Shown: positions 15,025 to 23,286, counted from the stretch's first letter. The stretch: DNA of 23,597 nucleotides from Candidatus Pacearchaeota archaeon (GCA_018304175.1 JAGVWT010000006.1:1-23597); one strand, 5' to 3'. Notes: generated by a model from the letters alone, not told the origin. Program-made: numbers and translations.

Positions 15025-15543
15025 TTATAAAATGTTTTGTTTCCTAATCTCCATAATTTTAAACAACATCTCATCAATCATTCTCTCTGGATTTGAATCA
15101 TCTGTATTAACGACAATGTTTGCGTGTTTTTTAAAAAGACCTTCTCTTTCTAAAAAAATGTCTTGAATACTTTTGTCCTGCAGGCCAACAATCCCTCTTA
15201 CCTTGAGATTACTGAGCCCATTCATCACCACATTCAAATTTGCCTCTAAAAAAATAACTACAGAAATTTCTTTTAACAGGGCCATTGCCTTTTCCGAATA
15301 AATCACACTACCTCCGGGAGATATCACAGAATTTTTCACATCTTTTAATTTTATAATCTCTTTTTCTTCCAAATCAATAAACTTTTCAGGGCCTAATGAA
15401 TCTAACAATTCCTGAAGGCTTTTAGAATTATTTCCTTCCATTATTTTGTCTATATCCAAAAAAGAAAGATTTAGTTTTCTAGCTAGCTTTTCTCCCAAAA
15501 AACTTTTTCCAACTCCGGGCATCCCAATTAATGTTACATTCAT
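15025..15543 (-). CDS. aroK: Bacterial-type (P-loop) shikimate kinase-like protein
   Basis: True start ATG at 15543 (the ORF-track extension runs across a tRNA); LIGMPGVGKS, FLDID, SPGGSVIY, VIFLE, LERE. Confidence 0.75.
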   Translation of the reverse strand: MNVTLIGMPGVGKSFLGEKLARKLNLSFLDIDKIMEGNNSKSLQELLDSLGPEKFIDLEEKEIIKLKDVKNSVISPGGSVIYSEKAMALLKEISVVIFLEANLNVVMNGLSNLKVRGIVGLQDKSIQDIFLEREGLFKKHANIVVNTDDSNPERMIDEMLFKIMEIRKQNIL

Positions 15544-15548
15544 AGTAA

Positions 15549-15632
15549 TGCAGGAGAGAGGATTCGAACCTCTGAACCTACTAAAGGACGGGATCTTGAG
15601 TCCCGCGCGTTTGACCACTTCGCTACTCCTGC
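15549..15632 (-). tRNA. tRNA-Leu(CAA)
   Basis: GCAGGAG/CTCCTGC acceptor stem, anticodon arm CGGGA-CTCAAGA-TCCCG, long variable arm, GGTTCGAATCC T-arm; CCA not encoded. Confidence 0.96.
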
Positions 15633-15684
15633 TTGAGTTTAGTAAAAAACAAAGATTTAAAAATCCTCTCGATTTCAAAAAAAT

Positions 15685-15796
15685 AAGACGGCCATAGTGG
15701 ATTGGAAACACCTGTTCCCTTTCCGAACACAGAAGTTAAGCTTTCCACGTTGGTAGTGCTAGTGTCTGAAGAGATGCGAACCTATCAAGCTGTCTT
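15685..15796 (+). rRNA. rrf: 5S rRNA (stand-alone)
   Basis: Helix I AAGACGGC/GCTGTCTT; conserved CCTTTCCGAACACAGAAGTTAAGC segment; about 112 nt. Confidence 0.92.
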
Positions 15797-15832
15797 GCCT
15801 AATTTTATAAAATCTTTTTACATAATACCAGA

Positions 15833-16144
15833 ATGATAAATAAAAAAATGTCAAAAACTCAGGCAAAGGAAGAGATAATTGAATTCTTTAGTCACATCAA
15901 ACATAAAACTCCTGAGCAAGTTAAAAAGATAAAAAAATTGGCTATGAGCCACAACATAAAACTTGGTGACAAAAGAAAATTATTCTGTAAAAAATGTTTG
16001 AATCCTCACAAAAATTCAAGCATTAGCATAAAAGATGGTTTCATAACAATAGTCTGCGAAAACTGCGGTTTTATTAATCGCTGGAAATTTAAAAAAGAAA
16101 TGGATTTTGGTATAAGATATATCTCTCAAGGTGATTGTTGTTGA
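15833..16144 (+). CDS. rnp4: RNase P protein Rpp21/Rpr2-like zinc-ribbon protein
   Basis: KKIKKLAMSHNIKL...RKLFCKKC...IVCENCGFINR; start may be the ATG at 15848. Confidence 0.75.
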   Translation: MINKKMSKTQAKEEIIEFFSHIKHKTPEQVKKIKKLAMSHNIKLGDKRKLFCKKCLNPHKNSSISIKDGFITIVCENCGFINRWKFKKEMDFGIRYISQGDCC

Positions 16145-16343
16145 ATTCCTTTGCAGTTATGATTTCTAAACAAGAGATGTCTGTACTTGACGATACACTA
16201 TTTACACTTAAAGAAATAGATATTGTTTTTTCTTCACAAATTCTTTTCATGATTTTTATGGCATTTTCATAATTTTCTGCATTAAAGAACATAGGATAAA
16301 AATTTCTATGACGCACGTTCCAAATTTCATAATAATCAACCAT
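16089..16343 (-). CDS. Hypothetical protein
   Basis: Open frame from ATG 16343 directly downstream of rpoN; overlaps the Rpp21 3' end by 56 bp. Confidence 0.4.
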   Translation of the reverse strand: MVDYYEIWNVRHRNFYPMFFNAENYENAIKIMKRICEEKTISISLSVNSVSSSTDISCLEIITAKEFNNNHLERYILYQNPFLF

Positions 16344-16401
16344 TATTGCAACATACGTTAAAATCAATCAAAAGCTATTTTTATAAGAGTTACTGTGATA
16401 A

Positions 16402-16599
16402 TTAAGATTTTTTGAATTTTCCAACTAATTCAATCAAATCAGTTTGGCCGATGAAAACTGCACGGCAGCAATATCTTTCCAAACCAAGTTCATCAAGGAT
16501 TTTTTTTGAAGATTCTCCTTGAGAAACTCTTTTTTTGTATTCTTCCCAAAGGTGTGCAATTGGTTTCCCACATGAAAAGCAACGAACAGGAATTATCAT
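16402..16599 (-). CDS. rpoN: RNA polymerase subunit Rpo10 (N)
   Basis: MIIPVRCFSCGK...LGLERYCCR. Confidence 0.98.
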   Translation of the reverse strand: MIIPVRCFSCGKPIAHLWEEYKKRVSQGESSKKILDELGLERYCCRAVFIGQTDLIELVGKFKKS

Positions 16600-16674
16600 A
16601 ATTATAAACCTTAAATATTGTTTTTAAACCTTATGCACCAATAGGTTTTTAATATAAAAAAATTGAGACATGAC

Positions 16675-17358
16675 ATGGGAAAAAACACTATAATTGAACT
16701 AAAGAATGTTGAAAAGCATTATCAAATGGGAGACTCTATAATAAAAGCTTTAGATGGAGTTTCAACGGAAATCAATAAAGGAGACTTTATTGTCATTCTC
16801 GGGCCTTCTGGAAGTGGAAAATCAACTATGATGAATATGGTTGGTGCTTTGGATTTGGCAACAAAAGGAAGTATTTATCTTGACGGAGAAAATATTGAAA
16901 ATTTTACAGAGTCTGAACTGGCGCAAATTCGCGGAAGAAAAATAGGATTTGTTTTTCAGACTTTTAATTTGATTCCAACACTCACTGCATTAGAAAACGT
17001 CATGATTCCGATGATATTTCAAGGTGTTGAAACTGAAAAAAGAATTGAAAAAGGAACAAAAATATTGAAAAAAGTAGGTTTGGGACACAGGACAGGTCAT
17101 CTTCCCGGCGAACTTTCTGGAGGAGAAAGGCAAAGGGTCGCAATTGCAAGGGCTTTAGCAAATAATCCTGATGTTATTCTAGCCGACGAACCAACAGGAA
17201 ATCTTGATAGTAAAACAGGAAAAGAAATAATGAAAATTTTCACAGACTTAAACAAAAAAGGCAAAACAATAATCTTAGTAACTCATGATTTAGCCCTTGC
17301 AAAACATGCGAAAAAGATTCTTAAAATAAAAGATGGAAGACTCGAGAAGCAGTCTTAA
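16675..17358 (+). CDS. ABC transporter ATP-binding protein (MacB/LolD type)
   Basis: [50 protein letters not shown]; likely ATG at 16675. Confidence 0.96.
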   Translation: MGKNTIIELKNVEKHYQMGDSIIKALDGVSTEINKGDFIVILGPSGSGKSTMMNMVGALDLATKGSIYLDGENIENFTESELAQIRGRKIGFVFQTFNLIPTLTALENVMIPMIFQGVETEKRIEKGTKILKKVGLGHRTGHLPGELSGGERQRVAIARALANNPDVILADEPTGNLDSKTGKEIMKIFTDLNKKGKTIILVTHDLALAKHAKKILKIKDGRLEKQS

Positions 17359-17374
17359 CTTTACAATAGTTACA

Positions 17375-17392
17375 TACAGAAAAATTTATAAG
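17375..17392 (+). promoter_or_regulatory. BRE-TATA promoter
   Basis: TACAGAAAAATTTATAAG, 21 nt before ATG 17414; identical to 6896-6913. Confidence 0.7.
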
Positions 17393-17413
17393 TGAAAATC
17401 TCCAACGATAATT

Positions 17414-18256
17414 ATGAAAACAAACAAAATAGTTTTTGGAATGATTTTTTTAGTCTTGGCTTTAAACTTTGTTTCAGCAGTAATAATCAATCCAAGCTAT
17501 GTAACAATTTTTCCAGGAGCAGACGGAAGAGTCACAATTGAAATAGAAAACAATGAGAACTTTGATATCGAGGGAGTTTCACTAGCTTTAGAGTTAAGCG
17601 ATTTACCATTCATAACTGTAGGAAGCTCTGAAAAAAGTTTTGATGATATTGACGAAAATGATGAAGACTCAACAAGCTTCACGTTAAAATCCTCAACAAA
17701 CATAATTCCCGGAGATTATGATATTCCTTATGTATTAAAATACACAAACGCTGAAAATACTTCTGAAACATTCGAGAAAGAAGGAAACTTTGGTATAAGG
17801 GTTTCGGCAAAAACAGATTTGGATTTTTCTGCAGAAACAAATGAAAACGCAATCATTGGAGATGAAGGAAGAATAACAATAGAAGTTGTCAACAAAGGTC
17901 TAGGAGAAATAAAGTCAGTCTCAGTACAAATAATTCCAAATGGTTTTGAGCTGTTGTCAAAAGACAAAATATTTGTTGGAACAATCACGTCAGATGATTC
18001 AGACACTGCAACCTTTGATGTTATCTATAATTCTCAAAATCCAAGTTTTTCAGCAGTAATAACCTACAAAGATTTTGATAATAAAGACCAAACTGAAAAT
18101 GCAAATTTTAACCTAAAAGTCTATACAAAGGAAGAGGCACTAAGCCTCGGTTTGATTCAACAACAAAGCTATATTATTTACATAGTGATTGGAATATTGG
18201 TTGTTGCATTTATAATCTATAGAATTGTGAAAAAAAGAAAAAAGAAGAAGGAGTAG
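17414..18256 (+). CDS. Exported Ig-like/S-layer-domain protein (COG1361-like) with C-terminal membrane anchor
   Basis: Signal peptide, two acidic beta-rich domains (IENNENF, VVNKGLGEIK), C-terminal TM helix plus lysine tail; between ABC ATPase and permease. Confidence 0.8.
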   Translation: MKTNKIVFGMIFLVLALNFVSAVIINPSYVTIFPGADGRVTIEIENNENFDIEGVSLALELSDLPFITVGSSEKSFDDIDENDEDSTSFTLKSSTNIIPGDYDIPYVLKYTNAENTSETFEKEGNFGIRVSAKTDLDFSAETNENAIIGDEGRITIEVVNKGLGEIKSVSVQIIPNGFELLSKDKIFVGTITSDDSDTATFDVIYNSQNPSFSAVITYKDFDNKDQTENANFNLKVYTKEEALSLGLIQQQSYIIYIVIGILVVAFIIYRIVKKRKKKKE

Positions 18257-18257
18257 A

Positions 18258-19469
18258 ATGAAAAATCATTTGTTCCTGGCCTTTACAAATCTTAAAAGGA
18301 GAAAATTGAGGTCTTGGCTTACAATTCTCGGAATTTTCATAGGTATTGCAGCTGTTGTTTCATTGATTTCTTTAGGTCAAGGATTACAAAATTTCATTGA
18401 TACACAATTTGAGCAGCTAGGGGCAGATAAAATAATAATAGAGCCGGAAAGTTTTGGACCTCCGGGTTCTGTTTCAGATGAACAATTAATTTTGGATGAT
18501 GGAGACTTAAAAACTATACAAAATTTTAGGGGAGTTGAAAGTGCTGAAAGTATTTTGACAAGGACAGGAGTTATTGAAAACAAAAAAGAACAGGAAGTTG
18601 TTTTTATTAATGGAGTTAGCGAAGAATACATTAATTTGTTTGATGGTTCTGATTTCGTGGAAGTTATTGAAGGAAGACAAATAAAAAATTCAGATAACTC
18701 AAAAACAGTTGTTGGTTACAATCATGTTTATGGAAATATTTGGGAAAATGAATTGAGAGTTGGAAGTAGCATTGAAATCAAAGGCAAAAAATTTGACATT
18801 GTTGGAGTTCTAAGAAAACAAGGAAATCCTTTTGATGATAATTCTATCTGGATTGAAAAGGAAACACTTAGGAACATATTTGAAATTGGAAATGAAGAAG
18901 GAATAATTGTTGCTAAAGCTGATAGTGGGTTTGATGTTGAAGTAATTGCAGAAGGTATAAGAAATGAATTAAGAAACGAAAAAGACCAAGAGGAAGGAGA
19001 GGAAACTTTTAGTGTTCAGACTTCCGCACAACTTCTTGAAACTTTCTCGACAATATTTACAGTTATTCAAGCTGTTTTTGTTGGTATCGCTGCGATTTCT
19101 CTCGTCGTTGGAGGTATTGGAATCATGAACACGATGTACACCTCTGTTTTAGAAAGGACAAAAGAGATAGGAACTATGAAAGCTGTCGGAGCAAAAAATT
19201 CAGATATTCTCTTTATATTCTTATTTGAATCAGGACTTCTGGGTTTAGTTGGAGGAATTATTGGAATTTTACTTGGTGCAGGAATAGGAAAATCTGTAGA
19301 ATATGTCGCGACAGTACAACTTGGTACAAATTATCTACAAGCTATTTTTGGTTGGCAGCTTATAATCGGAGCGATGACTTTTTCATTTATTATCGGAGCA
19401 CTTTCAGGAGTATTGCCTGCAATGCAAGCAGCAAGCCTAAAACCAGCAGAAGCCCTAAGACATGCCTGA
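18258..19469 (+). CDS. ABC transporter permease (MacB/FtsX type)
   Basis: RSWLTILGIFIGIAAVV, GGIGIMNTMYTSVLERTKEIGTMKAVGA, LPAMQAASLKPAEALR. Confidence 0.96.
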   Translation: MKNHLFLAFTNLKRRKLRSWLTILGIFIGIAAVVSLISLGQGLQNFIDTQFEQLGADKIIIEPESFGPPGSVSDEQLILDDGDLKTIQNFRGVESAESILTRTGVIENKKEQEVVFINGVSEEYINLFDGSDFVEVIEGRQIKNSDNSKTVVGYNHVYGNIWENELRVGSSIEIKGKKFDIVGVLRKQGNPFDDNSIWIEKETLRNIFEIGNEEGIIVAKADSGFDVEVIAEGIRNELRNEKDQEEGEETFSVQTSAQLLETFSTIFTVIQAVFVGIAAISLVVGGIGIMNTMYTSVLERTKEIGTMKAVGAKNSDILFIFLFESGLLGLVGGIIGILLGAGIGKSVEYVATVQLGTNYLQAIFGWQLIIGAMTFSFIIGALSGVLPAMQAASLKPAEALRHA

Positions 19470-19508
19470 TAAAGATACTTTTTTAAATCAATTCTTTCTG
19501 AGTAAAAT

Positions 19509-19781
19509 ATGAAACAGAAAAATATCAGGGAAAAAGGAAAACTCAAATTTAGTAGGTACTTTCAGGAATTAAATGAAGGAGACAGGGTTTCAATAGTCCG
19601 CGAATTGTCGTTGAAAGCTAATTTTCCAGGAAGGTTCCAAGGTCGAACAGGTGTTGTTGAAAAAAAGAGAGGCAGAGCGTATATTGTGATTGTAAAAGAC
19701 AACGACAAAGAAAAAAGGTTTATCATTGAGCCAATACATTTAAAAAAAATAGAAAATATTAAAGAAAATGATAAAAAATAA
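19509..19781 (+). CDS. rpl21e: 50S ribosomal protein eL21
   Basis: YFQELNEGDRV, RFQGRTGVV, IIEPIHLK. Confidence 0.95.
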   Translation: MKQKNIREKGKLKFSRYFQELNEGDRVSIVRELSLKANFPGRFQGRTGVVEKKRGRAYIVIVKDNDKEKRFIIEPIHLKKIENIKENDKK

Positions 19782-20061
19782 AGAATCACTAAGTATGATT
19801 GAAGTAGTCCAATACTTAGAAGAAAACAAAGAATTGGAAAAATTTGTAAAGAATTTTACAAAATTAAAACCAAAAGAAGTTGCAGAGTTGAGAAAAAAAC
19901 TTGAAGACTTGAATATGATGAAAATGAAAAAGGAACATATTGTAAAAGTAATTGACATACTCCCTCAAGACAAAGAAGATTTAAATAAAATCTTCATTGG
20001 GGTGAGTCCTAACGAAGATGAAACAAATAAAATTCTCGACACAATTAAAGAATTTAGTTAA
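19768..20061 (+). CDS. rpoF: RNA polymerase subunit Rpo4 (F)
   Basis: HRDC-like KLKPKEVAELRKKL...VKVIDILPQDKEDL; canonical position between rpl21e and DUF655. Confidence 0.88.
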   Translation: MIKNKESLSMIEVVQYLEENKELEKFVKNFTKLKPKEVAELRKKLEDLNMMKMKKEHIVKVIDILPQDKEDLNKIFIGVSPNEDETNKILDTIKEFS

Positions 20062-20066
20062 AGAAA

Positions 20067-20603
20067 ATGAAAAAGGAAGAAAACGCGATAGTCATAGACT
20101 ATTTACCACACGGGTACCCATTGGAAGGGAAGATGATGCCTTTAGCGCAGGCAGTAGGCGAGTCAACATTGATACTTTTGGAATTAGCTCCGAGAAAGGG
20201 AATTTCTCTTGAACTTGGAGAGAAAGTTTACATAGGTGAAGGAAAAAGGGACAAAATATATTATATTCTTGGCAGAATTAGAAAAGATAAAATCACAGAA
20301 ACTGCAAAAGAGAATCTAAAAAAGTTCGTTGAAATCGCAGTTAAGCAAAGGGAAAAAGAGTTCGTTGATTTTTTCAACAACGCAGGTGCGATAAGTAAGC
20401 GAGTTCATCAGATAGAACTTCTTCCTGGAATGGGTAAAAAATACATGCACGAAATATTAGAGCAAAGAAATATAAAGCTATTTGAATCATTTGAAGACAT
20501 CAAGAAAAGAATCTCAAATCTTCCCTTTCCGGAAAAAGCAATTGAGAAAAGAATTTTCCTGGAGTTGACAGAAGACGAAAGACATAATCTTTTCACGAAT
20601 TAA
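20067..20603 (+). CDS. DUF655 putative RNA-binding protein
   Basis: IVIDYLPHG, AQAVGE...LLEL, FFNNAGAIS, HQIELLPGMGKK. Confidence 0.92.
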   Translation: MKKEENAIVIDYLPHGYPLEGKMMPLAQAVGESTLILLELAPRKGISLELGEKVYIGEGKRDKIYYILGRIRKDKITETAKENLKKFVEIAVKQREKEFVDFFNNAGAISKRVHQIELLPGMGKKYMHEILEQRNIKLFESFEDIKKRISNLPFPEKAIEKRIFLELTEDERHNLFTN

Positions 20604-20610
20604 GAACAAA

Positions 20611-21090
20611 ATGGAGCAAAAAATACAAGAAAAGTCAGAAGCATATGATGAAGGAATTGTAAGAATCCTCTCCACAGACATAGAGGGAAAAATGAAAATT
20701 TATCCTGGACTGACTAAAATAAAAGGAATATCTTGGAGTCTTTCCAATGCAATTTGTAACATATTAAAATTAGACAGAAAAAGAAAAATAAGTAGTCTAA
20801 GCCAAGAAGAAATCAAAAAAATTTCTGAGCACGCTAGTGGGCAAAATATTCCAGCTTATCTTTTAAACAGGAGAAGAGATCTTGAAACAGGCGAGAACAG
20901 ACATTTAGTTACATCAGGTTTAGAGCTTAGAAAAGATTTTGACATAAAAAGAATGAAAAAAATAAAAAGCTACAAAGGAATCAGGCATATAGCGGGTTTG
21001 CCGGTAAGAGGACAAAGAACAAGAGGAAATTTTAGGAGGAATAAAGTTAAGAGTGTTGGAATTAAAAAGAAAATTAAGACAGTAAAATGA
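20611..21090 (+). CDS. rps13: 30S ribosomal protein uS13
   Basis: IVRILSTDIEG, LTKIKGI, YLLNRRRD.ETG, SYKGIRH.AGLPVRGQRT. Confidence 0.97.
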   Translation: MEQKIQEKSEAYDEGIVRILSTDIEGKMKIYPGLTKIKGISWSLSNAICNILKLDRKRKISSLSQEEIKKISEHASGQNIPAYLLNRRRDLETGENRHLVTSGLELRKDFDIKRMKKIKSYKGIRHIAGLPVRGQRTRGNFRRNKVKSVGIKKKIKTVK

Positions 21091-21557
21091 AGAGAAAACA
21101 TAAAAAATATTCGAGGCCGAAAAGGCCCTTCAACAAAGCAAGAATACTTGAAGAAGAGCAAATAAAAAAAGAATTTGGACTAAAAAATAAGCAGGAAATT
21201 TGGAGAGCTGAATCAAGAATTAAGGAGATAAGAGAAAGGGCGAAAAGTCTTATCTCAAAAGACGCAAAACAACAGCAAGATTTATTTGTAAGATTAAGAA
21301 AAGTTGGATTCAATGTTAATTCAGTTGCAGATGTTTTGTCTCTGGACAAGATAGCATATTTGAAAAGAAGATTGCAGACAATTATTGTCCAGAAAAAAAT
21401 AGTTCCAACAATGAAAAGCGCGAGGCAATTAATAACTCACAAAAAAGTCTTAGTTAATGGAAGTGTTATTGACAGCCCATCATACATAGTTCCTGTTGAA
21501 ATGGAAAATAAAGTCTCGCTTAAAAATAAACAAAAAATAGAAAACACAAAACAGTAA
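21087..21557 (+). CDS. rps4: 30S ribosomal protein uS4
   Basis: YSRPKRPF, FGLKNKQEIW, LKRRLQTI, ARQLITHKKV.VNG. Confidence 0.97.
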   Translation: MKRKHKKYSRPKRPFNKARILEEEQIKKEFGLKNKQEIWRAESRIKEIRERAKSLISKDAKQQQDLFVRLRKVGFNVNSVADVLSLDKIAYLKRRLQTIIVQKKIVPTMKSARQLITHKKVLVNGSVIDSPSYIVPVEMENKVSLKNKQKIENTKQ

Positions 21558-21558
21558 A

Positions 21559-21972
21559 ATGACCGAAGCAGAACAAAAAATTACAAAATCTCCAAAAAAA
21601 GAATTTGAAGCTATAGTAAATATTTATACTTCATTTAACAACACTTTAGTTCATACAACAGATCTTTCAGGAAAAACTCTATCAAAAATTAGCGGTGGAA
21701 TGGTAACTAAACATGATAGGTTGAAAGCAAATCCTACGATAGCAATGTTTATTGCAAAAAGATTGGCGGAAGAGATAAAAGATACTGGAGTAAAAAACCT
21801 TTACATTAAGATAAGGGCTAAGACAAGAAACCCTGCCCCTGGCCCCGGAGCAAATTCAATAATAAAAAGTCTTTCAAGGGAAGGATTTAAAATACTAAAC
21901 ATTTTAGACACAACAAGATTCCCGCGTGGAGGGCCAAAAGTTAAGGGTGGAAGGCGTGGAAGAAGAGTATAA
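21559..21972 (+). CDS. rps11: 30S ribosomal protein uS11
   Basis: IYTSFNNTLVHTTDLSG, SGGMV, PGPGA, C-terminal KGGRRGRRV; the usual TPIPHDG segment is diverged to TRFPRGG. Confidence 0.95.
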   Translation: MTEAEQKITKSPKKEFEAIVNIYTSFNNTLVHTTDLSGKTLSKISGGMVTKHDRLKANPTIAMFIAKRLAEEIKDTGVKNLYIKIRAKTRNPAPGPGANSIIKSLSREGFKILNILDTTRFPRGGPKVKGGRRGRRV

Positions 21973-21990
21973 ATTCACACAAAAATTACC

Positions 21991-22698
21991 ATGAAACTCA
22001 TAGAAAAAAACGAAAACCAAATTACTTTTGTTGCTGAAATAGAAGATAGTTTAGCTAATTCAATAAGAAGGTATGTTAACCATATACCAATAATGGCTAT
22101 TGATGAAGTTGAAATCTTAAAAAATGATTCTCCAACATATGATGAAACAGTTGCTCATAGAATTGGCCTTATTCCATTAAAACCAGGAAAAAGTGAAAAT
22201 CAAAAAGCAAAATTAAATGTCAAAAAAGAGGGTATAGTTCATTCAGGAGAAATAAAAGGTGTAGAAGTTGTTCATAAAGATATTCCCATCACTTTTTTGA
22301 ACAAAGACCAGGAATTAGAGATAGTTATGGAATCTAAATCAGGAGTCGGAGTCGAACATGCAAAATTTTCTCCTGGGATAATGTTTTATAGGAATGTTGT
22401 TGAAATAACCATCAATAAAGACCTTCAAGACAAGATAAAAAGTTTTGTAAAAGAAAACGAAGTAAAAGAAAAAGGAGATAAGATAATTATTTTAGATAAT
22501 AAAAAAAGGGAAATAGCAGATGTCTGTGAGTCAATCTCTAAAAAAGCTGGAAAGAGCGCAGAGATTGATGTGAAAAAAGACCTTGTAATAACTGTCGAAT
22601 CATTTGGCCAGATTAATGCTAAAGATATTTTCACAAAATCAATTTCTGAATTGAAAAAAGAGTTAACTGGTGTTTCAAAAAAAATTTCTAAGGAATAA
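21991..22698 (+). CDS. rpoD: RNA polymerase subunit Rpo3 (D)
   Basis: LANSIRR, IPIMAIDEV, DETVAHRIGLIP, EHAKF, VESFGQI; follows rps11. Confidence 0.95.
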   Translation: MKLIEKNENQITFVAEIEDSLANSIRRYVNHIPIMAIDEVEILKNDSPTYDETVAHRIGLIPLKPGKSENQKAKLNVKKEGIVHSGEIKGVEVVHKDIPITFLNKDQELEIVMESKSGVGVEHAKFSPGIMFYRNVVEITINKDLQDKIKSFVKENEVKEKGDKIIILDNKKREIADVCESISKKAGKSAEIDVKKDLVITVESFGQINAKDIFTKSISELKKELTGVSKKISKE

Positions 22699-22749
22699 TT
22701 CTAAAGGTTTTAATATTTATATACTCTTATTCTAATAAGTTTAAAATCT

Positions 22750-22833
22750 GCGGGAGTGCCAGAGTGGTCAAATGGGCTGGATTAAGGCTCCAGTGGCTTA
22801 GTGCCTGCGAAGGTTCAAATCCTTTCTCCCGCA
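22750..22833 (+). tRNA. tRNA-Leu, anticodon AAG by stem register
   Basis: GCGGGAG/CTCCCGC-A acceptor stem; anticodon arm CTGGA-TTAAGGC-TCCAG; variable arm GGC/GCC; GGTTCAAATCC. Confidence 0.9.
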
Positions 22834-22897
22834 TGTTTCGAAGAAACACGCGCTGAAAAAATCCCTGATTTTTTCTATGCCAAATAAAGATTAATGT

Positions 22898-22971
22898 GCC
22901 CTCGTAGCTCAGCTGGATAGAGCATCAGGTTCCTAACCTGAGGGTCGCAGGTTCAAATCCTGTCGAGGGCA
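22898..22971 (+). tRNA. tRNA-Arg(CCT)
   Basis: GCCCTCG/CGAGGGC-A; anticodon arm TCAGG-TTCCTAA-CCTGA. Confidence 0.96.
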
Positions 22972-23049
22972 TTTCAGATTTGAACTAATAAATCGGTTTA
23001 AACGAATTAGGAAGGGGTTAGTGTAAGGGGAAACGTAGTTGCCCCTCAT

Positions 23050-23074
23050 GGTTCAAATCCTGTCGAGGGCATTT
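23050..23074 (+). repeat. 25-bp exact duplicate of the tRNA-Arg 3' end (att-like)
   Basis: GGTTCAAATCCTGTCGAGGGCATTT at 22950-22974 and 23050-23074. Confidence 0.93.
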
Positions 23075-23148
23075 TAATTACTGAAACTAAATTATTAAAA
23101 ATAAATTTTAGAAAACTTTATTAAACAAAATTTGATGTTTAGACATAT

Positions 23149-23219
23149 GCGCTGGTAGTATAATGGTAGTATTTCTGCCTTCCAAGCAGATGGCCCGGGT
23201 TCGAATCCCGGCCGGCGCA
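23149..23219 (+). tRNA. tRNA-Gly(TCC)
   Basis: GCGCTGG/CCGGCGC-A; anticodon arm TCTGC-CTTCCAA-GCAGA; GGGTTCGAATCCC. Confidence 0.96.
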
Positions 23220-23286
23220 TTTCACTATAATTTCATAGTGGTGACAAAACCACAATATTTATAAACCCCAAAATTCTGTGAAATTC

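Noticed and set aside
15544-15711. N-terminal extension of AroK in the ORF track, and ORF 15446..15697
   Set aside because: They read through tRNA-Leu(CAA) and the 5S gene; the true start is ATG 15543.
19450-19459. AAGCCCTAAG identical to 11083-11092 as a partner recombination site
   Set aside because: Only 10 bp, within conserved EALR codons of the permease, with no palindromic partner arm; probably chance.
22782-22788. Calling this tRNA Leu(TAA)
   Set aside because: That register destroys the anticodon stem (three mismatches); the perfect stem gives AAG.
23010-23074. Second or split tRNA-Arg
   Set aside because: No complementary 5' acceptor strand, broken T-stem, and no bulge-helix-bulge or leader complementarity visible.
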